Below are positions 1 to 8,651 of a DNA stretch of 32,000 nucleotides, piece by piece. A model generated the notes under the pieces. That model was given only the letters and a program-made list of their open reading frames with translations, ran no database searches and was not told where the DNA came from. This stretch comes from Demequinaceae bacterium (GTDB lineage: Bacteria > Actinomycetota > Actinomycetes > Actinomycetales > Demequinaceae), in assembly GCA_965250005.1 (NCBI GenBank), contig OZ252279.1:1320001-1352000 (forward strand), read 5' to 3'. Made by a program: the position numbers and the translations under genes. Numbering within the stretch: position 1 is the stretch's first letter; every line of letters starts with the position of its first letter.

Positions 1-51
1 TGCGAGCAAGAGGTCTCTCAGGCGCTTCGACACTCCACCATCTTCGCAGGC

Positions 52-979
52 CTAGAGCTCGTGAGTTCCTGATGCCGCGCGGGCTTCGCGAGCGAGGCCA
101 TCGGCTACGAGCGTCTCAAAGCACCGGTCCAGTTGCCCTGGCTCCACGTCCTTCAGCTCGACGCGGCCCGTGATGGCGATTGGCCTCGTGCCGTCCCGCA
201 GAGTCGCCATGATCCGGCCGCGAACCTGTCGATCCGTACCGGCCCACGGCTGGGACCGGCGTGGCGCGTCAGCTAAACCGGGCTTGCCCTTCGCAAGCCA
301 CCGGCAGTCGTCTGCTACCGGACAGGCGTCGCAGTTCAGCGATCGGGACGTACAGATCAACGCTCCCAGTTCCATCGCAGCGACGTTCCAGCGAGCAGAC
401 GCTGCGCCGTCGACCGGCACCAGCGCATCGGCCGCGTCGCGCTCAAGCGCGCGTAATGTGGCCAGGAGGCAGCGCCCGGCCGCGCCACACCCTTCCAATC
501 ACGCGCCTCACGTTGGTATCGAGCACCACCGCCCGACGGCCGAACGCGAACGCCATGACCGCCATGACCGCCATGACCGCCGCCGCAGTGTACTCACCTA
601 CGCCAGGCAGCGTGCGCAGGTCCGTCTCGGTGATCGGCACCTCCCCGTCCAAATCGCGCTCGATGGCCTGCGCGCACTCGCGCAGCCACTTGGCTCGACG
701 CGGATACCCTAGCCGCCCCCAAGCTCGCACCACGTCAGCCTGCGGCGCTGCCGCCAGCGCGCCGGGCGTGGGCCACCGCATCATCCACTCGCGCCACAGT
801 GGGAGCGCGCGGTCCACGGGCGTCTGCTGAAGCATGACCTCGCTGACCAAAACTCCCCAAGCGAAAGAATCGGCTTCACGCCACGGAAGCGCCCGGCCCT
901 CGCGGTCGTACCACCTGCCTATTCGCTCCACCACCGCGGCCGTGCGGCGTGTGTTCGGCTCCTGAGATTTCTGCGGCAT
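52..979 (-). pseudogene. mutY: A/G-specific adenine DNA glycosylase MutY, split across two reading frames
   Basis: ORF 443..979 carries the HhH-GPD half (LPGVGEYTAAAV, VLDTNVRRV). ORF 52..498, in a different frame, carries the continuation (AAMELGALIC, then a C-x6-C-x2-C-x5-C 4Fe-4S loop and the C-terminal domain). The frames meet at a CG run at 447..453. Confidence 0.7.
552..578. repeat. Perfect 9-bp tandem repeat GCCATGACC x3 inside mutY
   Basis: Read directly: gccatgacc at 552-560, 561-569 and 570-578. It encodes AVM-AVM-AVM on the minus strand, just after the HhH hairpin. Confidence 0.95.
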
Positions 980-1038
980 GGCTGCAGTGTCCCAGCGCCC
1001 GGCGGCGTTAACGTAGAAGCAGCCCTGAAGGAGGAGCG

Positions 1039-1647
1039 GTGGACGGAATTCAGCGCCCGGTGGGCGATTTGCCCGCAGAGGTCTATTGGCGACGTCGCGT
1101 CGTGGCCATCGGCCTGCTCATCCTCGCGGTGCTGGTGTTGTACTACCTGGTCAAACCCCTCTTTGGATCACCGGAATCGGCCCCGACTCCCACGCCCACT
1201 CCAACACCTTCGCCCAGCGCATCGGCGCCCGTGGATCTCACCACGGCGCGCGCATGCGGCCCCGCCGACTTGACGATAGTGGTCGCCCCTAGCCCACGCG
1301 ACTTTCCCGCCGGCTCCATCCCTCTGTTCAACGTCACCATCAATCACACGGGATTCACGGACTGTGTGCTCGACACCGCCGCGGAAGACGCCCAACTACT
1401 GGTGACCAGCGGAAGCGACCGAATATGGTCCAACATCGACTGCCCCGCTGGAGACCTATTCTCTCCAACCGTCGAACTGCTATCGCCCGACGACACCAGG
1501 GCGCTGACCGTGACATGGCCGCGCATCCGCTCAGACCAGCAGTGCTCGACCACTCTGCCCGCGCCCGGGGCACCTGGCACCTACCGTGCTCTGGTCACAC
1601 TCCAGGGGATCGAAGCTGAAGTCGCGGTCTTCACGTTGAGCAACTAG
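1039..1647 (+). CDS. Membrane-anchored secreted protein with a Pro/Thr linker and a Cys-containing beta-rich domain (DUF4232-like; positional equivalent of mycobacterial Rv3587c)
   Basis: GTG start preceded by AGGAGG (1029..1034). N-terminal TM helix (VVAIGLLILAVLVLYYLV), a TPTPTPTPSPS linker, and 4 Cys in the ectodomain. Located between mutY and radA. Confidence 0.6.
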   Translation: MDGIQRPVGDLPAEVYWRRRVVAIGLLILAVLVLYYLVKPLFGSPESAPTPTPTPTPSPSASAPVDLTTARACGPADLTIVVAPSPRDFPAGSIPLFNVTINHTGFTDCVLDTAAEDAQLLVTSGSDRIWSNIDCPAGDLFSPTVELLSPDDTRALTVTWPRIRSDQQCSTTLPAPGAPGTYRALVTLQGIEAEVAVFTLSN

Positions 1648-1656
1648 CGCAGCGCT

Positions 1657-3024
1657 TCAATTGGGCAGAGCTAGTTGGACGGCCTGCGCAATGGTGTCGA
1701 CGCGGTGTACCTTGATGGGCGATGGTGGAATGGTCGCGGTACCTGCCGGGACAATCATGTCGGTGAACCCGAGCCTGGCGGCCTCTGCTACGCGTTGAGC
1801 GAGGCCGCGAATGGGCCGAATCTCCCCGGACAACGCAACCTCCCCTACCGCTGCTATTTTTTGTTTGACGGCGCGATCACTGCGCGCGCTTGCGAGCGCC
1901 AACGCAAGAGCAAGGTCTGCGGCAGGCTCGACTACGCGGGCGCCACCAATGGTGCCGACGTAGACGTCCTCCGTTCCCACAGCGAGGCCGGCTCGACGCT
2001 GAAGCACGGCGAGGATCATCGCCACTCGGCTCGCGTCGATCCCCGACGTTGCGCGCCGTGGATTCGCAAGCGCAGACGGCGCCACCAATGCCTGAATCTC
2101 TGCCGGCAGCGGCCGTTTGCCGTCGATGGTGACCGTCACGCACGTGCCCGCCACTTGACGGTCGCCCCCAGAAAGGAACAGCCCCGATGGATCTGCCACG
2201 CCCTCGATCCCGGTGTCGGTGAGCGCAAAGCAACCAACTTCGTCGACCGTCCCAAATCGATTCTTCACCGCGCGCAGCAGCCGCAACGATGAGTGCTGCT
2301 CCCCTTCGAACTGACACACCACATCAACCAGGTGCTCGACGATGCGTGGCCCGGCAACGCTGCCGTCCTTGGTTACGTGCCCCACCAGAACTGTAGGAAT
2401 CCCCTGACGCTTGGCTGCCTGAATAAGTGCACTCGCGACCTCACGAACTTGGCTCACGCCTCCCGGTGTTCCGTCGACCTGCGCCGATGCGATCGCCTGG
2501 ATCGAATCAACCATCAGCAGGCTCGGCTTCACTTGCTCGATGTGCGCGAGCACAGAGCCGAGATCTGTCTCAGCGGCAAGCTTCAGTTCGGGCTCTACTG
2601 CACCGATCCGGTCCGCGCGCAGCCGCACCTGCCCGGCAGACTCTTCTCCCGTCACGTATAGGACGTTCGCGGACGTTCGCGCGGAGCGACCCGCGACGTC
2701 CAAGAGCAGTGTCGATTTGCCGACGCCGGGCTCCCCTGCCAGGAGCACCACGGCTCCCGCAACGAGCCCACCTCCCAGTACCCGGTCGAATTCGTCCACA
2801 CCCGTTGAGTGCCGTTGAGCGCTCGAGACGGAGACCTCGGAGATGGGCACCGCACGCTCACGGACTGATGTCGCCTTGGTTGCCGGACCCGAAGGGGCCG
2901 CCCCGACTTCGAGCACCGTTCCCCACGCCTGACACTCGCCGCACCTCCCGACCCACTTGGCGGCCGTCCAACCGCACTCGGAACAGTGATACGCGGGCTT
3001 GGCGCTCTTTACGCTCGTGGCCAT
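1657..3024 (-). CDS. radA: DNA repair protein RadA/Sms
   Basis: N-terminal C-x2-C-x10-C-x2-C zinc finger, Walker A GEPGVGKST, KNRFG motif, Lon-like C-terminal domain; 455 aa. Confidence 0.95.
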   Translation of the reverse strand: MATSVKSAKPAYHCSECGWTAAKWVGRCGECQAWGTVLEVGAAPSGPATKATSVRERAVPISEVSVSSAQRHSTGVDEFDRVLGGGLVAGAVVLLAGEPGVGKSTLLLDVAGRSARTSANVLYVTGEESAGQVRLRADRIGAVEPELKLAAETDLGSVLAHIEQVKPSLLMVDSIQAIASAQVDGTPGGVSQVREVASALIQAAKRQGIPTVLVGHVTKDGSVAGPRIVEHLVDVVCQFEGEQHSSLRLLRAVKNRFGTVDEVGCFALTDTGIEGVADPSGLFLSGGDRQVAGTCVTVTIDGKRPLPAEIQALVAPSALANPRRATSGIDASRVAMILAVLQRRAGLAVGTEDVYVGTIGGARVVEPAADLALALALASARSDRAVKQKIAAVGEVALSGEIRPIRGLAQRVAEAARLGFTDMIVPAGTATIPPSPIKVHRVDTIAQAVQLALPN

Positions 3025-3105
3025 GAATGCACGCTACCGCCAGGGTGCGACAGTGAAGCATTGCCTAAACGCTCGTATCCAAGACCGAGCGACTACTCTT
3101 GAGCC
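3025..3105. promoter_or_regulatory. Divergent promoter region with candidate leaderless -10 boxes for radA and the 3106 gene
   Basis: Minus strand: TAGCGT (plus coordinates 3031..3036), then 6 nt, then the radA ATG. Plus strand: TACTCT (3094..3099), then 6 nt, then the ATG at 3106. Confidence 0.45.
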
Positions 3106-4383
3106 ATGAGCGAGCCGCCAGAGAAACCCTCTTCGCCAGGGTGGAAGCCCGTACTCGGCGATGACGATTCGGAGGCGTCGGCGGCCACGTCCTCGGTACC
3201 GAGTCCGCGGATTCCAAAGCTGGCACCCGAGCCCGCTGCGAGCGAAACATTCCCTGCGACCGGAGCGATTCCGCGCGTCAATTCGCTTAGCAACGGTGCC
3301 CTCTCGGGACCCAGATTCGACCCCCCCGGCTCGGACCAAGACGAGTCCGACGCATCAACGGGCGATCTGGTCAAGGACCTGGGAAGCGCTGCGGTCCACG
3401 GAGCCGTAACCCACAAGGGTGCGTTCGCGAGCATCCCTGCAACCGGCCCGATCAAGACCTTTGCACCTGTCCCACCACCACCGCCACCACTGCCACCGCC
3501 ACCGAGCGCGCCGGTGGCAGTCGCGACCGCGGTTGGCGTCGGCGCTCCCGTCAAGCCAGCACCCCGACCGCCGTCCGGTCCGGTCGCTAGACCCACCTCG
3601 CTTGAGAAACTCGCGCCCTCCACGGAAGTCGTTCAGGGGGCCGAGAAGACGCAGATGGGAACGACGCGCGACGGCCACCTGCCCTTCTTCCGGCGGCTCT
3701 CCGTACTCATCGTCGCAGGCATGCTTGCAGCGGTCGGAATCGGCGCCGGTCTGTACGTCCTGTTCTTCATTCCAGAGCCGGTGGTCCTAGCGCCCCAAGT
3801 CGAGTTGATCCCACGAGACACTCCGGACGCTGCTCCGGTGGTCTTTGACGACCCCAGCAGTTTCCTCGCTGGGATGCCTGCGGCGACCCTAACGTTCTCT
3901 CTCACCGACTACGTCGAGGGCCCGTTGCAAGATCGGGCCAAGTGGCCCGAACGCCATGTCGAGTCGTGGAACTTGACGTACGCGAGCGGGACCGAAACCA
4001 TGACCGTCGCCGCGTTTCAGCATTACCGCGAGGACGACGCGATCGCTGCGTTTGAAGCACTTGCACCAGCTGCTCCGCCAACGGAGGAAGAACTCGCCGA
4101 GGTTGCCGACACCGAGCCAAACGACCATGTCGATCCCGACGCTGAGATAGTTGAAATCGAACTTGTCGAGCGATTCCCGGTCATGGTCGGCAATGTCCAG
4201 GTGGGCGAGAGCGTCAAGACGGCGATCCCGGCAGCAGCGGCCGTCGAGGCGACGGACACCACCGATGCGGTTGAGGCCGTTCCCGAGCTCGCGCAGATCA
4301 TGTGGCGCAATGGCACAGCCGTATTCACCATGATCGCGAGCCCCGACATGATCGACGACCTCTTCATCGAGTACGGCGTCTAA
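3106..4383 (+). CDS. Proline-rich single-pass membrane protein, function unknown
   Basis: About 190 aa of low-complexity P/S/A-rich N-terminus including PPPPPPLPPPP, one TM helix (LSVLIVAGMLAAVGIGAGLYVLFFI), then an acidic C-terminal ectodomain. Confidence 0.7.
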   Translation: MSEPPEKPSSPGWKPVLGDDDSEASAATSSVPSPRIPKLAPEPAASETFPATGAIPRVNSLSNGALSGPRFDPPGSDQDESDASTGDLVKDLGSAAVHGAVTHKGAFASIPATGPIKTFAPVPPPPPPLPPPPSAPVAVATAVGVGAPVKPAPRPPSGPVARPTSLEKLAPSTEVVQGAEKTQMGTTRDGHLPFFRRLSVLIVAGMLAAVGIGAGLYVLFFIPEPVVLAPQVELIPRDTPDAAPVVFDDPSSFLAGMPAATLTFSLTDYVEGPLQDRAKWPERHVESWNLTYASGTETMTVAAFQHYREDDAIAAFEALAPAAPPTEEELAEVADTEPNDHVDPDAEIVEIELVERFPVMVGNVQVGESVKTAIPAAAAVEATDTTDAVEAVPELAQIMWRNGTAVFTMIASPDMIDDLFIEYGV

Positions 4384-4385
4384 CT

Positions 4386-5003
4386 TTGGATCGTGTTCAA
4401 GCCAAGCCGCGGGGCCCACGCGGGGCCCACGCGGACACGCGCGCGGACATTCTCGCGGCAGCGCTCACGCTCTTTGCCGCCGACGGATACGGCGCCACCT
4501 CGGTGCGTTCGATCGCACGTGCGGCGAGCGTAGACCCGTCTCTCGTCCGCCACTATTTCGAGTCCAAATCACTCCTGTTCGTCGCCGCGCTCGGACCTAT
4601 CGAGGCCGTGGCGGAAGGCACATCCCGCATCCTCGCAGGGCCCAGCGAGCAACTGGGCGAGCGCATGGTCCGGTCCTTTCTCGCTGTTTGGGACTCAGAA
4701 GACTTGGGCCCGCGCCTGCGGACGCTGCTCGTGAGCGCGGCGACCGTCCCGGAGGTAGCGGACGTCATGCGCGAGTGGATGATGTCCAATCTCTTTTCAG
4801 CCATCGCGGCCGGGGCCGGTCCCAAGGAAGCGAGCGAGGCCGACGTCGCGGCCCGGGCCACCGCTACCGCCAGTCAAATGGTGGGAATCGCGTTCACTAG
4901 ATATGTCGTACGACTAGAACCAATCGCCTCCGCCAAGACAGAATGGATCGTAGAGCGATATTCAGCGAGTGTTCAGCGGCTGATCACCGGCGATCTGTCG
5001 TAG
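4386..5003 (+). CDS. TetR/AcrR family transcriptional regulator
   Basis: HTH region RADILAAALTLFAADGYGATSVRSIARAASVDPSLVRHYFESK. TTG at 4386 lies 3 nt after the upstream stop. The ATG at 4302 would overlap the upstream gene by 82 nt, so the start is uncertain. Confidence 0.8.
   Translation: MDRVQAKPRGPRGAHADTRADILAAALTLFAADGYGATSVRSIARAASVDPSLVRHYFESKSLLFVAALGPIEAVAEGTSRILAGPSEQLGERMVRSFLAVWDSEDLGPRLRTLLVSAATVPEVADVMREWMMSNLFSAIAAGAGPKEASEADVAARATATASQMVGIAFTRYVVRLEPIASAKTEWIVERYSASVQRLITGDLS
4409..4434. repeat. 11-bp direct tandem duplication GCGGGGCCCAC x2 (plus a partial third copy) at the 5' end of the TetR gene
   Basis: Read directly: gcggggcccac at 4409-4419 and 4420-4430, then gcgg. 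It encodes PRGPRG. Confidence 0.9.
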
Positions 5004-5042
5004 CGTTTGACAGCACCACCGAGAGAGAGGATTATTCCTCAC

Positions 5043-5783
5043 ATGGGGAAATCATCGAAGGCGGCGATCTCTATCGCTAATCTGCGCGTCATCCGCGGCG
5101 GAATCGAGGTCATTCCTAACCTTGCGCTCAACGTCCCGCGGGGGGCGCTCGTCGGCCTCCTCGGGCCATCTGGTGGTGGCAAGTCCACACTCATGCGGTC
5201 CATCGTGGGCGCGCAGATCGTGGCCGGCGGCACCGTTACGGTGCTGGGCGAGCCCGCGGGGTCCGCTCCGCTCCGCCACAAGGTCGGCTATGTCACGCAG
5301 GCGCCCAGCGTCTACGAAGACCTAACTGCGCGCGAGAACCTCCAGTACTTCGCCGCACTCGTGGACGCACCCAAAGACGACGTGGCGCATGCGCTCACCG
5401 TCGTTGGCCTCACAGACGTCGCAGACCGCCCGGTCGTGACGCTGTCAGGTGGCCAACTGTCGCGCGTCTCGCTCGGAGTGGCGATGCTCGGCAAGCCTGA
5501 ACTGCTCATCCTCGACGAGCCGACGGTGGGCCTCGACCCGGTCCTCCGCCGCGACCTATGGAACGTGTTTCGCAAGCTCGCCAACGAGGGCACCACTCTG
5601 CTGGTATCAAGCCACGTGATGGACGAGGCAACGCGATGCGACCGCCTACTCATCATGCGCAACGGCGACATCCTCGCTGACGGCACGCTCCCCGAGATCC
5701 TCAAAGAGACTAAGACAAAGGACGCAGAGTCGGCATTCCTCAAACTCGCCGATGCGGCAGACACGGCGGAGGTGGCGGCATGA
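5043..5783 (+). CDS. ABC transporter ATP-binding protein (ABC-2/DrrA-like exporter)
   Basis: Walker A GPSGGGKST, signature LSGGQLSRV, Walker B LLILDEP. Purine-rich GAGAGAGAGGA lies upstream of the ATG at 5043. Confidence 0.9.
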   Translation: MGKSSKAAISIANLRVIRGGIEVIPNLALNVPRGALVGLLGPSGGGKSTLMRSIVGAQIVAGGTVTVLGEPAGSAPLRHKVGYVTQAPSVYEDLTARENLQYFAALVDAPKDDVAHALTVVGLTDVADRPVVTLSGGQLSRVSLGVAMLGKPELLILDEPTVGLDPVLRRDLWNVFRKLANEGTTLLVSSHVMDEATRCDRLLIMRNGDILADGTLPEILKETKTKDAESAFLKLADAADTAEVAA

Positions 5784-6532
5784 GCCTCAAACTGACTCTC
5801 GCAACAGCCAAGCGCGTGCTCCAACAGATCCGGCGCGACCGGCGGACAATCGCGCTCTTGCTGTTTGTGCCCCTGGTGTTGCTCGGGCTTCTCAAATGGA
5901 TCTTTGTCGAGGTGCCCGAGGTCGCGGGGCAGCCCGCGCCGTTCGACCTCATTGGCCCCGGGCTGATGGGCCTATTCCCGATGCTGCTGATGTTCATCAT
6001 CACGTCGGTGACGACGCTGCGCGAGCGGACCACCGGCACTATGGAACGGCTCATGGCATCACCCGCTCGCCGTGCGGACATCGTGTTCGGCTACGCGCTT
6101 GCCTTCGGTCTCATCGCCACGGTTCAGGGCATCATCGTCGTCGCCTTCAGCATTGGCGCACTCGGGATGAACTTCACCGGCCCTGTCCTCGCGCTCGGGT
6201 TAATCATCGTGCTCGACGCAATCCTGGGAACGGTTCTCGGCCTAGCGGCGTCCTCGCTCGCAAAGACAGAGTTCCAGGCTGTGCAGATGATGCCCGCCGT
6301 GGTACTGCCCCAATTGCTCCTTGCCGGCCTCTTCATTCCGCGAAGCCAAATGCCGAGAGTCCTTGAAGTCATCTCTGACTTTCTCCCGCTCTCGTACGCG
6401 ACTGATGCGATCCACGAACTCCAGGTGGCCACCACGGCAGGCGCAATATGGGGCGAAGTGGGCGTGTTGTTGGCCTTCATCGTCGGAGCACTGGTCCTAG
6501 CCACTCTGACGTTGCGGCGGCGCACGGGCTAG
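5780..6532 (+). CDS. ABC-2 type transporter permease
   Basis: ATGA start/stop overlap with the ATPase gene. About six hydrophobic helices, typical ABC-2 length (250 aa). Confidence 0.85.
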   Translation: MSLKLTLATAKRVLQQIRRDRRTIALLLFVPLVLLGLLKWIFVEVPEVAGQPAPFDLIGPGLMGLFPMLLMFIITSVTTLRERTTGTMERLMASPARRADIVFGYALAFGLIATVQGIIVVAFSIGALGMNFTGPVLALGLIIVLDAILGTVLGLAASSLAKTEFQAVQMMPAVVLPQLLLAGLFIPRSQMPRVLEVISDFLPLSYATDAIHELQVATTAGAIWGEVGVLLAFIVGALVLATLTLRRRTG

Positions 6533-6584
6533 GTCCTTCGAACGTACCGCGTGCCTTGGGTCCGCTCGACGGCTCGCAGCACGT

Positions 6585-6596
6585 TAGCCTTTCCCC
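6585..6596 (+). promoter_or_regulatory. Candidate leaderless promoter -10 for proC
   Basis: TAGCCT (6585..6590), then 6 nt, then the ATG at 6597. Confidence 0.4.
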
Positions 6597-7448
6597 ATGA
6601 GCGAAACGTCTGAGACAGCGCCCGTAGCCCCACGCGTCGCCGTCATCGGCGGCGGCGTCATGGGCGGAACACTCGTGACGGCACTGCGCGTCGCGGGCTG
6701 GCCTTCTGACGGCGTGGTGGTTGCGGAGAAGGACAGCGTGCGCGGCAACGCAATCCGCGAAGCTCACGGCATCGAGGTGGTTTCCGACATAACCGAAGCC
6801 GTCGACGGCGCAGAGGTCGTAATCCTCGCAGTCAAGCCGCAGGACGCGGATGCCGCGCTCAAAGACATCAAAGTCAGTTTCAAAGAGGGCGCGCTGCTGC
6901 TGAGCGTCGCCGCAGGCCTGCCAACTTCCTTCTACGAGGAGCGCTTGGGCAAAGATGCCGTAGTTGTGCGGGCGATGCCGAACACTCCCGCGATCGTCGC
7001 GCGCGGCGCCACCGCCATTGCGCCCGGAAGGAACGCCGCCGACCAACACCTCGGCCTTGTAGAGGGGATTCTGCACGCGACTGGGCTGGTCGTGCGCGTC
7101 AACGAAAAAGACCTCGATGCCGTCACTGCGGTCTCCGGCTCGGGTCCCGCGTACTTCTACGCGATGGTGGAAGCCCTTACCGAGGCTGGTGTCGCGCAAG
7201 GGCTGGACCGCCTGCTCGCCACTCAACTCGCCGCCCAAACATTTGTGGGCGCAGCCCAGTTGCTCACGGAGACCGGGGACACTCCACAGACTCTTCGCAA
7301 GCGGGTTTCGTCTCCCGGAGGCGTTACCTTGGCGGCGCTTGAGGCGATGGAGCACGCAGGACTCCAAGACGTTATCAGCGCCGCCGCCAAAGCGGCGTCC
7401 GCCCGCAGTAGGGAAATGGGCGAAGAGTTTGGCAAAGCAACAAACTAG
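6597..7448 (+). CDS. proC: Pyrroline-5-carboxylate reductase
   Basis: Rossmann motif VAVIGGGVMGG, plus AMPNTPAIV and SPGGVT motifs; 283 aa. Confidence 0.9.
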   Translation: MSETSETAPVAPRVAVIGGGVMGGTLVTALRVAGWPSDGVVVAEKDSVRGNAIREAHGIEVVSDITEAVDGAEVVILAVKPQDADAALKDIKVSFKEGALLLSVAAGLPTSFYEERLGKDAVVVRAMPNTPAIVARGATAIAPGRNAADQHLGLVEGILHATGLVVRVNEKDLDAVTAVSGSGPAYFYAMVEALTEAGVAQGLDRLLATQLAAQTFVGAAQLLTETGDTPQTLRKRVSSPGGVTLAALEAMEHAGLQDVISAAAKAASARSREMGEEFGKATN

Positions 7449-7466
7449 TTGCTTGTCGGATCCCAG

Positions 7467-8651
7467 ATGAAAATCCTCCACGCACCGGTCAACATAGCGG
7501 GACAGGCATCTGAGTGGGCCGCCGCAATGCGCGAAATCGGCCACGACGCGCAGGTGTGGAGCTTCGCGAAGAGCCGGTACGGTTTCCCCGTCGACAGGAT
7601 CGTTGATTCACCCAGAACGGCGGCTGCTGCGGATGCGCTGGTGACCGAAGCGATCGCCGAAGGCTTCGACGTTGTTCACTTCCACTACGCGCGCACCTTG
7701 GTCGCTCGCGGTCTGGGAGTGGCCGCTATGTCTGACCTTGCGCGCTGGCGTGAATCCGGGGCGCGAGTCGTCATGTCGTTCCACGGCTCGGATGTACGCA
7801 ACGCCGAGCGCGCGATCGCCCACGACGAGTGGCACTACTGCAAGTTCGGCGCGATTGCGCGTGACCCAATTGAGATTGAGGCAGACCTCGCCGCAATCCG
7901 CCCGCACGCGCACGCGATGACGTTCACAAACATCGGCGAGCGGATCCACGTCCCCGACGGCGTCCACCTGCCCACCACAATCAACGTTGAAGCGCTGGCA
8001 TTGCCAGAGCCCGCAAGCCGTCGCGCGCCCCTGATCGTCCACGCCCCAAGCTCGCGCTCTGTCAAGGGTACGAACTTCATACTTGAGTCTCTGGAGCGCC
8101 TCCGCAGGCGCGGCTTGCGATTTGATCTCGACCTGATCGAGAACTGCTCGAACGCAGAGGCTCTGGAACGCATCGCGCATGCGGACATCGTGATGGAAAA
8201 GACGCTCGGATACGGCTACGGCGTCGTAGGCGTCGAAGCAATGAGTCTTGGCAAGGCGCTCGTCACTCGCGTCGGGCAGGAAGCTCTCGACGCGTTCCCA
8301 GATTTGCCACTGTTCACAGCGGACCCTCCTGAACTCGACGACACGCTCGGTGAACTGATTACCAATCACCAACTCCGGGACTCTCGCAGATCGGCTGGGC
8401 GCGCATTCGCGCTGCGGGTGCATTCGCGTGCCGCTGCCGCCGAGAACCTCACGCGCCTATACACGCAGAAGCCCGCACGTACGCCCATCGCAGGACCTGC
8501 GGTCAAACTTGGCGACTACGCCTTGCATCTCGAGCGCCGGCTTCGAGACACCCAAGAAGACCTACGCCGTGCCGAAGCGGAACTGCGCGAGGAGCGGCTG
8601 TCGATGGTATCGCGCGCGCAGAGGAAGTTTCGCCGGAGGTTCCGACGCTAG
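7467..8651 (+). CDS. GT-B fold glycosyltransferase (GT1/GT4-like) with a basic coiled-coil C-terminal tail
   Basis: MKILHAPVNIAGQ N-terminus. C-terminal half has a GT1-type motif (EKTLGYGYGVVGVEAMSLGKALVT). Tail LRDTQEDLRRAEAELREERL...RKFRRRFRR. The ATG at 7467 is preferred over the TTG at 7449. Confidence 0.65.
   Translation: MKILHAPVNIAGQASEWAAAMREIGHDAQVWSFAKSRYGFPVDRIVDSPRTAAAADALVTEAIAEGFDVVHFHYARTLVARGLGVAAMSDLARWRESGARVVMSFHGSDVRNAERAIAHDEWHYCKFGAIARDPIEIEADLAAIRPHAHAMTFTNIGERIHVPDGVHLPTTINVEALALPEPASRRAPLIVHAPSSRSVKGTNFILESLERLRRRGLRFDLDLIENCSNAEALERIAHADIVMEKTLGYGYGVVGVEAMSLGKALVTRVGQEALDAFPDLPLFTADPPELDDTLGELITNHQLRDSRRSAGRAFALRVHSRAAAAENLTRLYTQKPARTPIAGPAVKLGDYALHLERRLRDTQEDLRRAEAELREERLSMVSRAQRKFRRRFRR

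Noticed and set aside
3093-3623. 176-aa minus-strand Gly-rich ORF and several other 60-120-aa ORFs overlapping 3106..4383
   Set aside because: They are reverse-complement or alternative frames of the proline-rich gene (poly-Pro codons read as poly-Gly). No independent support exists.
6477-7544. 355-aa minus-strand ORF
   Set aside because: It lies antisense to the clearly recognisable proC gene (6597..7448). Its composition is Arg/Gly/Cys-rich with no motifs, which is typical of a shadow ORF in a high-GC genome.
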